A stretch of 64,000 nucleotides of DNA from NCBI GenBank assembly GCA_963665125.2, contig CAXXUK010000002.1:96001-160000 (forward strand), in the 5' to 3' direction. A program made the position numbers and the translations under genes. The stretch comes from an uncultured Desulfarculus sp. Its GTDB lineage: Bacteria > Desulfobacterota > Desulfarculia > Desulfarculales > Desulfarculaceae. The notes under the pieces are model-generated. The model was given only the letters and a program-made list of their open reading frames with translations. It ran no database searches and was not told where the DNA came from. Below are positions 11,429 to 21,680 of this stretch, one piece after another; the stretch's first letter is position 1; each line of letters opens with the position of its first letter.

Positions 11429-12400
11429 CTACAGGCCTTCTTCGGCGAGTTGCTCCAATAGTTCTTTTTGTTTGGACGACACCTTTTTGGGCACGGTTAC
11501 ATTGATGCGCACGAACAGATCGCCGTGGCCCGAGCCCTTGAAACGGGGAAGGCCCTTGCCCTTGAGGCGCATGCGCGAGCCGTTCTGGGCTCCCTTGGGC
11601 ACCTTGACGCCCAGGTTCTTGCCGTCGATGGTGCCCACATCCACCGTGCCGCCCAGGGCCGCCTTGCTGAAAGGCACCTCTACAGTGGTTTCGAGGTCGT
11701 CGCCCTCGCGCTTGAAGCGGTCGTCGTCGAGCACCCGGACCTTGATGAACAGGTCGCCGGGCTGGCCGCCGGGGGCCGGGGCATTGTCGCCCTTGCCGCT
11801 CAGGCGCAGCTTTTGACCGGTGGCGATGCCAGCAGGCACCTTGACGCTGACCCGTTCGACCTTGCCGCTGCGGCGGTAGGAAACCATCTTCTCCGCGCCG
11901 TGGAAGACCTCGGCCAGGCTCACGGGCAGTTCGTAGACTAGGTCGGTGCCCTTGCCCTGCATGCCGCCGTAGGCCCCGCCCTGGCCGTAGTCAAAGCCGC
12001 CCATGCCCGGACCGGCGCCGGGGCCGCCCTGGCCGAAGCCGCCCATGTTGTAGGCCCGGAATCCGCCGCCGCGCCCGCCGCCGAAGATCTTGGAAAAGAA
12101 GTCTCCGCCCAGGCCCATGTCGCGCAGGATGTCGTTGATGTCGCTGCCGCGGTAGATGTCGTCCTGGCTATAGCGCTGCTTGAAACCGGCGCTGCCGAAC
12201 GTGTCGTACTGCTTGCGCTTTTCCGCGTCGGACAACACCGAATAGGCCTCGCTGATCTCCTTGAACTTTTCCTCGGCCTCGGGGTTGTCCTTGTTGCGGT
12301 CGGGGTGGTACTGCATGGCCAGCTTGCGGTAGGCCTTTTTGATCTCGTCGTCCGAAGAGCCCTTGGCCACCCCGAGAGTGGTGTAATAATCTTTGGCCAT
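11429..12400 (-). CDS. DnaJ-class chaperone without zinc finger (CbpA-like)
   Basis: J domain with HPD, G/F region, C-terminal DnaJ domain, no CxxCxGxG repeats. Confidence 0.93.
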   Translation of the reverse strand: MAKDYYTTLGVAKGSSDDEIKKAYRKLAMQYHPDRNKDNPEAEEKFKEISEAYSVLSDAEKRKQYDTFGSAGFKQRYSQDDIYRGSDINDILRDMGLGGDFFSKIFGGGRGGGFRAYNMGGFGQGGPGAGPGMGGFDYGQGGAYGGMQGKGTDLVYELPVSLAEVFHGAEKMVSYRRSGKVERVSVKVPAGIATGQKLRLSGKGDNAPAPGGQPGDLFIKVRVLDDDRFKREGDDLETTVEVPFSKAALGGTVDVGTIDGKNLGVKVPKGAQNGSRMRLKGKGLPRFKGSGHGDLFVRINVTVPKKVSSKQKELLEQLAEEGL

Positions 12401-12500
12401 AGTTATATGTCAGCCGCCGGCAATAAGCGGCCTTACCTCCAAAAAATTAATGCGTTCCGCGCTTTAATCGTTTGATTATAGCGGAACTCCTGTTGAAAAT

Positions 12501-12529
12501 AATATAAGTCCGCCCCTGGGGGGTGTCAA
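12501..12529 (-). promoter_or_regulatory. sigma70-type promoter for the dnaJ-class gene
   Basis: TTGACA-N17-TATATT on the minus strand, about 100 bp upstream of the ATG. Confidence 0.6.
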
Positions 12530-12677
12530 GCAAGGGCCATGGCGGTTTTTTCACAGGAGCCAGGTAGTTGCGGACTTATCGCCCGCCGCGCAGCCGGGGA
12601 AGCATCTCCCGCTGAAAAACACCCTGATCGGTCGAAGGCGAATCAAGTTTCAAACCTGGTTGGAAGGAGTTGCTTAT

Positions 12678-13790
12678 ATGCTGTTCAGGAAGTTTTTTGT
12701 TGCCATGTCACTGGCTTTGCTACTGTTTAGCCCGCTTGCCTCGGACGTCGATGCATGCACTGGACTCAGGTTGATCGCCAAGGATGGAACCACGGTATAC
12801 GGACGGTCCATGGAATGGGGTACCTTTGACCTCAACACCAGGGTTGCCATCATTCCCAGAGGCTATAAATTCGCCGGCTTAACTCCGGACGGAAACAACG
12901 GCAAGAAATGGAAAGCGAAGTTCGGGGTGGTAGGGCTGGACGCGCTGGGCAAGGACGTACTTACCGATGGAATGAACGAAGCCGGCCTGGCAGGAGGTCT
13001 TTTCTACCATCCGGGTTATGCCAAATATCAGCCGTACGTAAAGGCCGATGCCGCCGAAACAATTGATGCCAAGGATGTCCTGACCTACTTGCTGACCCAG
13101 TACGCCACCGTGGAAGAGGTCAGGAACGGCCTGGCAAAGGTGCGAGTCGGGGGCGTGGTGGAACCGGCCCTGGGCATGCCGGTTTCGGCCCATTGGATGG
13201 TGGTGGAGCCCTCAGGCAAGTCCATCGTCATCGAATACTTGGACGGCAAACTCACGATATTCGACAACCCCCTGGGCGTGATCACCAATGCCCCCGCCTT
13301 TGACTGGCACCTGACCAATCTGCGAAACTACGTGAATCTCTCGCCGGTGGCCATCCCCGGAAAAAAGATCGAGGATCTCAACTTCGCGCCCTTGGGAGGC
13401 GGCAGCGGCATGATCGGCCTGCCCGGCGATTTCACTCCGCCGTCGCGTTTCATCAGGGTGGTGGCCTGGTCCCAGACCGCCCGTCCCCTGCCTGATTCCA
13501 ATGAAGCAATATATGAACTTTTCCGTATCCTAGACAACTTCAACGTCCCGCTGGGCGCGGCCGAGGGCACCAGTGAAACCCATTCCAACCTGGTGGGAAT
13601 GCGTAGCGCGACCCTTTGGACATCAGGTTGGGACACCGCGCAAAAAGCGCTCTATTACCATACCCAGCACAACCGGCGTTTGCGCATGGTTGACATGAAA
13701 AAGCTGGATTTTTCAGGCAGCGAGATCAAGCACCTGCCCCTGGACAAGAAAAAACAGGAAGACGTCGAAGACATTACTCCCGCCAAATAA
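12678..13790 (+). CDS. choloylglycine hydrolase/penicillin V acylase family Ntn hydrolase, exported
   Basis: Signal peptide then catalytic Cys (CTG), GRSME, DGMNEAGL, TNAP, LPGDFTPPSRF. Confidence 0.92.
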   Translation: MLFRKFFVAMSLALLLFSPLASDVDACTGLRLIAKDGTTVYGRSMEWGTFDLNTRVAIIPRGYKFAGLTPDGNNGKKWKAKFGVVGLDALGKDVLTDGMNEAGLAGGLFYHPGYAKYQPYVKADAAETIDAKDVLTYLLTQYATVEEVRNGLAKVRVGGVVEPALGMPVSAHWMVVEPSGKSIVIEYLDGKLTIFDNPLGVITNAPAFDWHLTNLRNYVNLSPVAIPGKKIEDLNFAPLGGGSGMIGLPGDFTPPSRFIRVVAWSQTARPLPDSNEAIYELFRILDNFNVPLGAAEGTSETHSNLVGMRSATLWTSGWDTAQKALYYHTQHNRRLRMVDMKKLDFSGSEIKHLPLDKKKQEDVEDITPAK

Positions 13791-13797
13791 CTAAACC

Positions 13798-13841
13798 ACC
13801 CGTCCGGCGGCGCGTCAAGGCGCGGCGCACCGCCGGGCGGG
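13798..13841. terminator. GC-rich hairpin between convergent genes
   Basis: cccgtccggcgg ... ccgccgggcggg inverted repeat. Confidence 0.4.
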
Positions 13842-13860
13842 TAATAAGACCGTGTGACGG

Positions 13861-14697
13861 TTAGACCGTGAATTCGCCGGGGTCTTCCACCAGTTTGTCG
13901 CACATGACGTCGATGATGTTGCGCAGTTTGGCGCTGTCAAGGGCCAGCAGTTTCATGGCGTGGCGGTCCAGGGGCGGCACCCAGGGGTCGCCGCCGTCGC
14001 CGCAGCCATAGGCCCGCACCAGGATATCGGCGAAATGAACCACGGCGGTGTACTTGGGGGCCTGGCGGGAGGCCTCGGGCTTGTGGTGCCAGCGGATGGG
14101 CTCCAGAAGCTGCTCGGGCAGCTTCCAGCTTTCGGCCAGCCACTGGCCCACCTGGGTGTGGTCAAAGCCAAGGACCTCGCGTTCGGCGTCGCGCACAGGC
14201 ATTTCCTCGACCTCCACCAGTTCGTCGATGCTCTGGCGGTCTTCGATCATATGCACCCGCAGGACCACCTTGCCCAGGTCGTGCAGCAGCCCGGCCAGGC
14301 CCACTTCCTCCACCTCTTCCATGCCGATCTCGGTGGCGATGATGTTGCTCACCGTGGCCACGGCCATGGAATGCCGCCAAAGCTCGGCGCTCTGGCCCTT
14401 CATCAGGTCGAATACGCTGGAGGTCAAAATCAGGCCCTTGACCACGTCGAAACCCAACAGAACCAGGGCCTGGGTCAGGGAGCCGACCTTGCGCGAAAAG
14501 CCGAAGAAAGCGCTGTTGGCCAGCTTGAGCACCTTGGCCGTGAGCACCTGGTCCTTGCTGATGAGCTTGCCGATGTCGGCGGCGGAAAATCGCTTGGAGT
14601 CCACGGCGCGGCTGATCTTGTCGATCATGCCCGGCAGGGTGGGCAGGTTCTTGATCAGCTGCACCTTTTTTTTGGCGGCGACGCGGTCGGTTACCAC
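13861..14697 (-). CDS. HDOD domain protein
   Basis: LPTLP, KVLKLANSAFFG, WRHS, GLLHDLGK, HTQVG..LAESWKLP. Confidence 0.93.
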   Translation of the reverse strand: MVTDRVAAKKKVQLIKNLPTLPGMIDKISRAVDSKRFSAADIGKLISKDQVLTAKVLKLANSAFFGFSRKVGSLTQALVLLGFDVVKGLILTSSVFDLMKGQSAELWRHSMAVATVSNIIATEIGMEEVEEVGLAGLLHDLGKVVLRVHMIEDRQSIDELVEVEEMPVRDAEREVLGFDHTQVGQWLAESWKLPEQLLEPIRWHHKPEASRQAPKYTAVVHFADILVRAYGCGDGGDPWVPPLDRHAMKLLALDSAKLRNIIDVMCDKLVEDPGEFTV

Positions 14698-14703
14698 TGG
14701 GCT

Positions 14704-15090
14704 CTAGCTCCTCTTGCCGCCTGGTTTGAGCAGCTTTTCGGAAGTGTCGGTGGCCGGTCCGTTGGCCTTGGGGCCGCCCAGGATACAGCCGCTCCGGAGC
14801 TTGGCGGCCAGGATTTCCCGGATGGCCATGAGCAGGGGGTCGTTTTCCACCCGGGAAAAACGCATGCGCAGGGCCTTTTCGGCCTGATCCACATAGGCCT
14901 GGCGCTCCTCTTCCGAGGCGAAGGCGTCGCCTTCGACCACCACGGAGTCGACCTGCAGGCGCTCCAGCAGGCTGATCACCTCCGGGGTGATCTGCCTGCC
15001 TTTGGTCATCAGCACCACGCCGTCGTCCCTGGAGACGTCCTGGGCCAGGACCTGGCCTTCCACTAGTTTTGCAACCTGGACCTTTATCAT
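14704..15090 (-). CDS. hypothetical protein resembling HD-GYP N-terminal accessory domain
   Basis: MIKVQVAKLVEGQVLAQDV..DDGVVLMTKG; GGGAG RBS. Confidence 0.65.
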   Translation of the reverse strand: MIKVQVAKLVEGQVLAQDVSRDDGVVLMTKGRQITPEVISLLERLQVDSVVVEGDAFASEEERQAYVDQAEKALRMRFSRVENDPLLMAIREILAAKLRSGCILGGPKANGPATDTSEKLLKPGGKRS

Positions 15091-15195
15091 CGCTGTCTCC
15101 CTGCATAATCGTAGCAAAGCGGCGCTGCCGCAACAAGCACGCAACGATGCAAGGCCGTCATTATGTGCTACAATCGGTGGCTGGAGGGCCGAGGC

Positions 15196-15633
15196 ATGAA
15201 CCTGGAATTCGTCAATCTGAAGGAATGCGGCGTGGCGCCGGGCATGGCCGTGGCCCGGATCGCGGCCTGGCATTACGAACAGGGCCGCAGGGTATTGATT
15301 CGTACGGCAGACGACGCCGAGGCCCACGGCATCGACACCCTGCTGTGGACATTCGAGCCGGGGTCTTTCGTGGCCCATGCCGTGTCCGGCGGGCCCGACC
15401 AGACCGAGGAGCCGGTGCTGATCCACAATACCGCCGAAAACATCAATAACGCCGCGGTGCTGATCCTGACCCGGCCGCCCCAGGGCATCGAAGGCCTGCC
15501 GCCCGGCTTTGATCTGGCCATCCTGCTTGTTCCGGCCAATGACTGCCCCGAGCTGCACGCCTGCCGGGAGTGCTTCCGCCAGGCCCGTGAGTCCGGCCTG
15601 AACCCTGCCCACACCACTCGCCTCCCTATTTAA
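15196..15633 (+). CDS. holC: DNA polymerase III chi subunit
   Basis: GRRVLI...IDTLLWTFEPGSFVAH motif. Confidence 0.8.
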   Translation: MNLEFVNLKECGVAPGMAVARIAAWHYEQGRRVLIRTADDAEAHGIDTLLWTFEPGSFVAHAVSGGPDQTEEPVLIHNTAENINNAAVLILTRPPQGIEGLPPGFDLAILLVPANDCPELHACRECFRQARESGLNPAHTTRLPI

Positions 15634-15708
15634 AAACAATTCTCAACTTGACAACGGCACAATGGGCCTTAGATTTATTGGTAACGCCGATGAATTATGG
15701 AGAGACCT

Positions 15709-15918
15709 ATGCCTATCTATGAATACAAGTGCCGCCTGTGCGGCCAATTCTTTGAAAAACTGGTCTTTAACAGCGACGAAAAGGTCAGTTGCCCCAAGTG
15801 CAAGGCCGATGATGTCGACAAGCAGGTCTCGGGCTTCAGCGTGGGCAACGGCTCGCCCAACTTCCAGTCCCCCGGCCTGACCAGCGGCGGTTGCGGCGGC
15901 GGTGGCGGCTTCAGTTGA
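15709..15918 (+). CDS. FmdB family zinc-ribbon protein
   Basis: MPIYEYKCRLCG...CPKC. Confidence 0.9.
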   Translation: MPIYEYKCRLCGQFFEKLVFNSDEKVSCPKCKADDVDKQVSGFSVGNGSPNFQSPGLTSGGCGGGGGFS

Positions 15919-16052
15919 GCGGGCTAACATGCGCGGCGCGTGACGCCGCCAAAATGCAGAGCATGCCGAAACCGGGGCGTGCGCCGGGGGGCCGATGAGC
16001 CCGCACGGCGGTCCTGGTTTTTACGGCCAGACGCCAAAGCCCGCTATGATCA

Positions 16053-16709
16053 TCACAAAAAGCAACTTCTGGAACAAAATGATGATGCCAAAGAAATGAT
16101 GATGCCAAAGATTAGATCGATTAACAGCACGATGAAAAAGGTGCGCCATTTGCCCTTGCCATGAATCAGGTCAAGGGCTAGGCATTGCAGATAGACTCCC
16201 CAGACCGCAAAGGGAATGATCATGACCGTTACATCGGGGGAAAATCCCTGTCCCTTGGTCAGGCCATCCAGCGCACCTTCCAAGGGTGCATAAAGCATAG
16301 GTACCGCAGCGGTGTAAGCCAGGACCCTGGCCGTGGCCCAATAGGGAGCCGGGGCGGTATTGGAGCGCAGTAAGACATGGGCCACCCAGGCATAAAGGGC
16401 CAAGCCGCCCAGACCCACGACCGCCCAGAGAACCTGTAGGGGCAACCTGTCCAGCAGTATTTCATAACCGGAGTTGCCGCCAAAGGCCAGGTCCGCCGCC
16501 TGACCCGCCAGGCCTCCGGTCAGCGAGGCCAAAAAGGCGTAAAGCCACGGCTTGTAATAGGCCCCGGCGGGCCGCAGGGCAAAAGTCCGCGACGGGGCGA
16601 AAATAATCATCAGGCTGGTGCTGAAGAAAGTACCGGCCTAGCCTTGCTCCCGCTCCCAGGGCAGGCGTTGGCTGTCGGGCACCGGTTGGTCCGGTGGTTG
16701 CGTATTCAT
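16053..16709 (-). pseudogene. Yip1-like membrane protein with in-frame TAG at 16638-16640
   Basis: QPVPDSQRLPWEREQG*AGTFF aligns with the neighbour's QPVPDSLRLPWEREQGWLMGFF. Confidence 0.75.
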
Positions 16710-16727
16710 CCTTGCCGCCTGTCCTGT

Positions 16728-17429
16728 TTAATCAAAGGCGCCCGTGTATTTGGCGATGCCCAGGGTGATGACCATGATCACCGGCACCAGAACCAAGGCC
16801 GTTTTCAGGATCGAAATCAGGGCCGTTTTCACGTCGCAATGATGGATGGCGGCCAGGCCTACGCATTGCAGGTACAGGCCGTAGATCCAAAGCATCATGG
16901 AGGGCAGGCCCAGCATGCCGGTCTCCGGCGAGGCCGGATCATTGGCCATGGACGCGCCGCTGAAATAATCCAGGGGAATGGCCAGCAGCCGCACCGCGCT
17001 GCTGTAGGCCAGGGCCCGGTAGGTGCCCCAAAGCGGGGCCGGCTCGGCGACTTTGGGCGCCAGGAATCTGTGGTTGATGTAACCGACAATGGCCAGGGTC
17101 CCCAGGCTGAGGATGCTGAAAAACAGCGTCTCGGCGATCAGGGCAAGAGTATCCGGCGAAGCGCCCGCCGCCTCCGGCTCGAACAGCACAGGGTCGAAGT
17201 AGGTGCTGATGCAGAGGCCTGGCAGCCCCGCCAGGAAGACGAACAGCCACGGCTTGTAAAAGGCCCCGGCCGGGCGTAGGGCGTAGGCCTTCTTCGGGTA
17301 GCACACGATCATGAAACAAGTCGTGAAAAAGCCCATGAGCCAGCCCTGCTCCCGCTCCCAGGGCAGGCGCAGGCTGTCGGGCACTGGCTGGTAGGTCGGA
17401 ACCTCGGGAATTTGTTCTGCGTCGGTCAT
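16728..17429 (-). CDS. Yip1-like membrane protein
   Basis: LPWE..FF.T..I..P..A motif, TYRALAYS, several TM helices. Confidence 0.7.
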   Translation of the reverse strand: MTDAEQIPEVPTYQPVPDSLRLPWEREQGWLMGFFTTCFMIVCYPKKAYALRPAGAFYKPWLFVFLAGLPGLCISTYFDPVLFEPEAAGASPDTLALIAETLFFSILSLGTLAIVGYINHRFLAPKVAEPAPLWGTYRALAYSSAVRLLAIPLDYFSGASMANDPASPETGMLGLPSMMLWIYGLYLQCVGLAAIHHCDVKTALISILKTALVLVPVIMVITLGIAKYTGAFD

Positions 17430-17444
17430 GATAAATCCTTAGTA

Positions 17445-18224
17445 TTAGCCGCCAAACAGCCTCTTGATATCAAAGTGGATGGAAAAATAAAAAAAGAATC
17501 CAAAGCCAAGTAAAAATCCGATAGACACCGAAGCCATGAACAGGGCGGCCAGGGCGTGAAACTTTCCGCAGTCATGGGCCGAATCAAGGGCTACCGCCGC
17601 AAGGTAATAGGCATAAAGCCGGAAAGGATACTGGGCCACCCAGATGAACATGGCAGCCCCGGCCAGGCTATCGGTATTATGCCCGATTATGGCGGCCGTG
17701 ATCGCCAGGAGCACGAATGGTATCAGGAAAAGCACACTCACCTGGCTATAGCACAAGGCCCGGTAGGTGGCCCGAATGGGCTCGGGCAAAGGCGCCATCG
17801 CCCGGATAAAGGCGTGCGCCACAAAGCCGAAAACAAGCGGCAACAGCAAAAGCGCCAGGGCAACAAATCCCGATGACAGCAACGTGCCGATTGCCAATAA
17901 AGCGGCCTTGACCACGGAAACATCTTGGGCCGAAAATGACGCCACGTTTTTGGTGAGCCAGAAAACGGCGACCTCGGCGAAATAAACCAGCCACAGAAAA
18001 ATCCACGGACGCCACCAGCCGCCCTGGGCCTCGTAGCTGAAGGCCCTGCCGGGGTGGGCCACGATCATCCATGCGGTGCTGAAAAAGGCGCGCGGCCATT
18101 TATGGGGCCGCTCCCAGGGCAGCCAACCGGGCAGCACCCGGCGGGGGGACTTGCGCAACTCGCCGTCATCGTCAAAGGGAAAATCCCACGGCCTTTCATC
18201 GTAGCGCTGATTAATGTTGGTCAT
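17445..18224 (-). CDS. Yip1-like membrane protein
   Basis: LPWER..FFSTAWMIVAHPGRAF, TYRALCYS, AHDCGK. Confidence 0.7.
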   Translation of the reverse strand: MTNINQRYDERPWDFPFDDDGELRKSPRRVLPGWLPWERPHKWPRAFFSTAWMIVAHPGRAFSYEAQGGWWRPWIFLWLVYFAEVAVFWLTKNVASFSAQDVSVVKAALLAIGTLLSSGFVALALLLLPLVFGFVAHAFIRAMAPLPEPIRATYRALCYSQVSVLFLIPFVLLAITAAIIGHNTDSLAGAAMFIWVAQYPFRLYAYYLAAVALDSAHDCGKFHALAALFMASVSIGFLLGFGFFFYFSIHFDIKRLFGG

Positions 18225-18231
18225 GGTCCTG

Positions 18232-19758
18232 CTACTTTGGCGGGCCCATGAATTGGGCCATGGCGTCGGCGGCCTGGGCCCCGATCTGGCGGGCCAGATT
18301 GACGGTCATGAAGGCGTCGGTGGGCATGGCCGTGGCGGGCGGTATCTGGTCCCGGATGGAGCGGGGCGGCTCGTCCAGCAGCTTGCGGCCGTAGTCGTGC
18401 ACGGCCATGAAGTTGTCGGCCCAAGAGGCCCGGGCCGTTTCATTGGCCGCCAGCTTGATTTTCTTGGCGTCACGGGTGCGCAGGTCCACCATCAGGGCAA
18501 AGGCGGCCATACGGGCGGTCTTGCTCTCGGTGTACAGGTCGTATTCAAAGTAATCGATTGGAATATTGGTGTATTTGCTGTCGTCCTTGTCCTTTTTGTC
18601 GTCCTTGTCCTTTGGCACAAGGCTGGTGGGCACCTTGACCGTATCCATCCATCCGCTTTGGGCCTTGCGCTTGGTCATCACCGGGCCCCTGGTGTCGATC
18701 TGGGCGGCCACGATCTGGATCACCAATAAATGGGTGGCCCCCTCAAACCTCTTGTCCAGCTTGCCGCCGGGCCCGGTGAGCTTGTCCAGGCCCAGTTCGC
18801 CGGGCTTGACCAGCATGCTGACATCCAGGGCCTTGGCCAATTGGGCGTTGTTGTAGATCTGCCTGGCCGCCTCCTTGGCCATTTCCTGGGTGGGCGCGGC
18901 GGTAAAGCCCTTGGATTGATCGTCGGCGACCACGGCCACCGTACGCATCAGGGCCTTGCGCAGATCCTGGGCCTTGGCCTTGCTGGGCCGGTAGCCCGCC
19001 TTGTCCAGGGCCTGGTGGATCTCCAAGGCCTTGAACCGGTCCCCGCCGGCCGCGCTGGCCATCGCCGCCTTGGCCAGGTCCTTCTTGGTCTGGGGCGTCA
19101 GGTACTGGGGGGCGTCCTTGGCCAGCTTGAACAGCAGGTCGGTTTGTTGGTGGGCCAGCAGGTATTTTTGCAGCTCAGAGGACATGCGGCTGCAAACTTC
19201 GCGGCCTTCGGGGTGGGCGCAGAGCTTTTCCCTGGCCAGGCGGAAGTCGTCCATGGCCAGTTGCGGTTCGTCGGCGCCAAGTTGCCTGTCGAACGATTGG
19301 CCCAGCACCGGTGCCAAGGCCCGGCGGAAATTCCGCCGCAACAGGGGCATGTCGATTCCGGCGGGCGCGCCCTGGCCCAGTTGCCGGGCCTGCCAGAGGA
19401 TCAGCTCCATTTTATCGGCGGTCTCGTCAAAAGACTCAAGGCAGCGGTACATGTTCTGGCCCGAGGCCAGGGCCGTGGCGGCCTGCTCCAGGTCCAGTTT
19501 GCCCGTATTCAGGGCCGGGCCGTAATTGGCCGCCAGGATGCCCATGGCCCGGTCGTCGGTGGGCGCGGCCTCCAGTTCCTTGGCCGCGTAGTAGGCGGCT
19601 GCTAAATGATCGCCGCGCTCCTGGCCCGCCTCGGCCAGGCGTAGCGTCTCGCTCTTGGGCGCGCAGCCCGCGCACAGGGCCAGGGCCAGGGCCATGACCA
19701 GGAGCAAAACCGTATAGGTTCGGAATATGCCGCTTAATTTGACGGTCAGGTGGCTCAT
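18232..19758 (-). CDS. hypothetical lipoprotein
   Basis: Hydrophobic leader with CAGC lipobox-like motif; helical body. Confidence 0.65.
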   Translation of the reverse strand: MSHLTVKLSGIFRTYTVLLLVMALALALCAGCAPKSETLRLAEAGQERGDHLAAAYYAAKELEAAPTDDRAMGILAANYGPALNTGKLDLEQAATALASGQNMYRCLESFDETADKMELILWQARQLGQGAPAGIDMPLLRRNFRRALAPVLGQSFDRQLGADEPQLAMDDFRLAREKLCAHPEGREVCSRMSSELQKYLLAHQQTDLLFKLAKDAPQYLTPQTKKDLAKAAMASAAGGDRFKALEIHQALDKAGYRPSKAKAQDLRKALMRTVAVVADDQSKGFTAAPTQEMAKEAARQIYNNAQLAKALDVSMLVKPGELGLDKLTGPGGKLDKRFEGATHLLVIQIVAAQIDTRGPVMTKRKAQSGWMDTVKVPTSLVPKDKDDKKDKDDSKYTNIPIDYFEYDLYTESKTARMAAFALMVDLRTRDAKKIKLAANETARASWADNFMAVHDYGRKLLDEPPRSIRDQIPPATAMPTDAFMTVNLARQIGAQAADAMAQFMGPPK

Positions 19759-19779
19759 AAGTTTGTCCCCGCCTGGATA

Positions 19780-20655
19780 TTAGAGAAGCAACCTGGTCAT
19801 TATATGGTCCTGAAGGCCAAAAGCGTACACCAAACCCGAAACCACGGCGGTGCTTATGGCCCACACCAAAATGATTTTGGCCTTGCCGCACCCGTGGGCG
19901 GCGGCCAGGGCCACGGCCTGGACATAGAAAATATAGAGGGCCCCGCCAAAATTAACGGCGTTAAAGGCGATATAAAACACCGTGTTGCCTGTGGCCCGGT
20001 ATTCATTGATCAGTGGGCTGCCCATGAGCCAAAAAGGTATGGTCGGATATACCGCGGCCATACTGTAGCCTATGGCCCTGTAGGTGAAAGGCAATGGCTT
20101 GGCCTGGCGATTAACCATTTTGATGAATAGATGGGTTCCCGCTCCGCCTATGGCCAGACCGGCAAGTGGCACTAAAAGAGCGATGGCAAAGAGCATGCCC
20201 CACGTCGCTGTGAGGAAAATAGTTCCTTCTAGCGCCCCTACCAGCCCGTATTTGTAAAGAAATCTAAAAAATACGACAAACAGACAAACCATCACCGGGA
20301 CACCCATCAGGATCAAGTTAGTACTCAGAATGAATTTCCAGGGATGCCCCCCATCGGTTGGCGCGGGAAGGGCGAAGGCCTTTGACGGGCTCTTGATGAT
20401 CATCGCGCAGGTGCGGAAATAGCCGGACCACCACTTGTAGGCGTCCTCCACGGGCAAATATTCCACGCCCTCGGTTTTCCAGATGCTTGGCTTGGGGTGT
20501 TGTCCGGCTTGCGTTTCATCCCTGGGCGGCAGGTTCATGCCGCGCGGCTTGTCCGCGCCGCTGTTTCCCGCTTTGAAAAACTGCTCAGCCTCCAGTAGTG
20601 AATCCGGGCCGTCCTGCGGCAGGTCTATGCCGCCTTTGTTGTTTTTGGTGGTCAT
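19780..20655 (-). CDS. Yip1-like membrane protein
   Basis: LPVE..YFRTCAMIIKSPSKAF, TYRAIGYS, AHGCGK. Confidence 0.7.
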   Translation of the reverse strand: MTTKNNKGGIDLPQDGPDSLLEAEQFFKAGNSGADKPRGMNLPPRDETQAGQHPKPSIWKTEGVEYLPVEDAYKWWSGYFRTCAMIIKSPSKAFALPAPTDGGHPWKFILSTNLILMGVPVMVCLFVVFFRFLYKYGLVGALEGTIFLTATWGMLFAIALLVPLAGLAIGGAGTHLFIKMVNRQAKPLPFTYRAIGYSMAAVYPTIPFWLMGSPLINEYRATGNTVFYIAFNAVNFGGALYIFYVQAVALAAAHGCGKAKIILVWAISTAVVSGLVYAFGLQDHIMTRLLL

Positions 20656-20724
20656 GTCCTTTTCCCCCTTTATTCATTAATGAGTGGATGGTCAACGCAA
20701 TGTTTCTTCCTTGGAGCGGCTTTT

Positions 20725-21474
20725 TCAGGCGCCGGGCCACTTGAAATAAAAAAGGGCCGTGGCGATAAGAAGCAACGGGCAAAGCAGCGCGATGACGGCC
20801 TTTATCCTGCCGCAGCCATGGGTGAGGGCCAAAGCGGTTGCGGGGATATAAGCCATGGCAATCATGAAGAGGACATGGAGGGTCATATTCATGAAAAAAA
20901 AGAATCTATTCAGGACGATAACGTCGATGGGCCTTATTACCTGCGAGATTAAGTACAGCGGAAAAAATAACAATAGAGGAGATAGGCCGTACGACAGCGC
21001 CCGAAAGGTTATAGGCAGTGGAGCCGGCGAACCAAAAAGCCCGAGGAGAAAGTTGATGAGCACGCCTGATAACAAAAAGCCCGCGGCCAGAGCCACGGAG
21101 ACGATGCCCAGGAAGGTGATGAGAAAGCCCCCGCCCAGGGAAGCCGATAACAGCATGGCGGCGGGGCCGGTTATCTCCGAGCTGAACAGCAGGCCGAAAA
21201 CGAGGGATATGAGACTATCCAGAAATACGGCGGCATAGAAAATAGCATACAGACTCAGCAGGTACTTCCAAGTGTGGGCTGTTTTTCCCCGCATTGGAGC
21301 GGAAAAGGCCTTGCTGGGGCTTTTTACGATCAGCCACCAGGTGCGGAAAAAGTCTGGCCACCATGGGCCGCCCTGCTCGATGGGCAGGGCTTCCGGCAAC
21401 GCGGCCTCTACCGGTTGTTCGGTTGAATCGTCCTGTACTTTGGCCTCCGTTGCCGTTTGCAGCGTCTCGCTCAT
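20725..21474 (-). CDS. Yip1-like membrane protein
   Basis: LPIE..FFRTWWLIVKSPSKAF, TFRALSYG, THGCGR. Confidence 0.7.
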   Translation of the reverse strand: MSETLQTATEAKVQDDSTEQPVEAALPEALPIEQGGPWWPDFFRTWWLIVKSPSKAFSAPMRGKTAHTWKYLLSLYAIFYAAVFLDSLISLVFGLLFSSEITGPAAMLLSASLGGGFLITFLGIVSVALAAGFLLSGVLINFLLGLFGSPAPLPITFRALSYGLSPLLLFFPLYLISQVIRPIDVIVLNRFFFFMNMTLHVLFMIAMAYIPATALALTHGCGRIKAVIALLCPLLLIATALFYFKWPGA

Positions 21475-21511
21475 GTCCTGATATCCCCCGTTTGATAATC
21501 AGATTACGCCG

Positions 21512-21540
21512 GCGCACGGGGGCGCGGAGCCCCCGTGTGC
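21512..21540. repeat. strong GC hairpin upstream of the Yip1 cluster
   Basis: gcgcacgggggc-gcgga-gcccccgtgtgc. Confidence 0.45.
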
Positions 21541-21680
21541 GTCTGGCCATGTTTTTATTAAATTACGCGGTTTGGGCCAAAGGGCCCTTTGGATGGCTTA
21601 TAGGCATGTTTGTCCCCCCGTTTGTTGTGCTAAATCAACGCCAGTATAGCGTAGCTGGTGTCAGCCCGTCAATATTTTAC

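Noticed and set aside
15091..15639. Upstream part of the 311-aa ORF 14704-15639
   Set aside because: Antisense to holC; only the part from 15090 looks real
16638..16640. Pyrrolysine readthrough of the TAG
   Set aside because: No pyl genes in the window; a single TGG to TAG change is simpler
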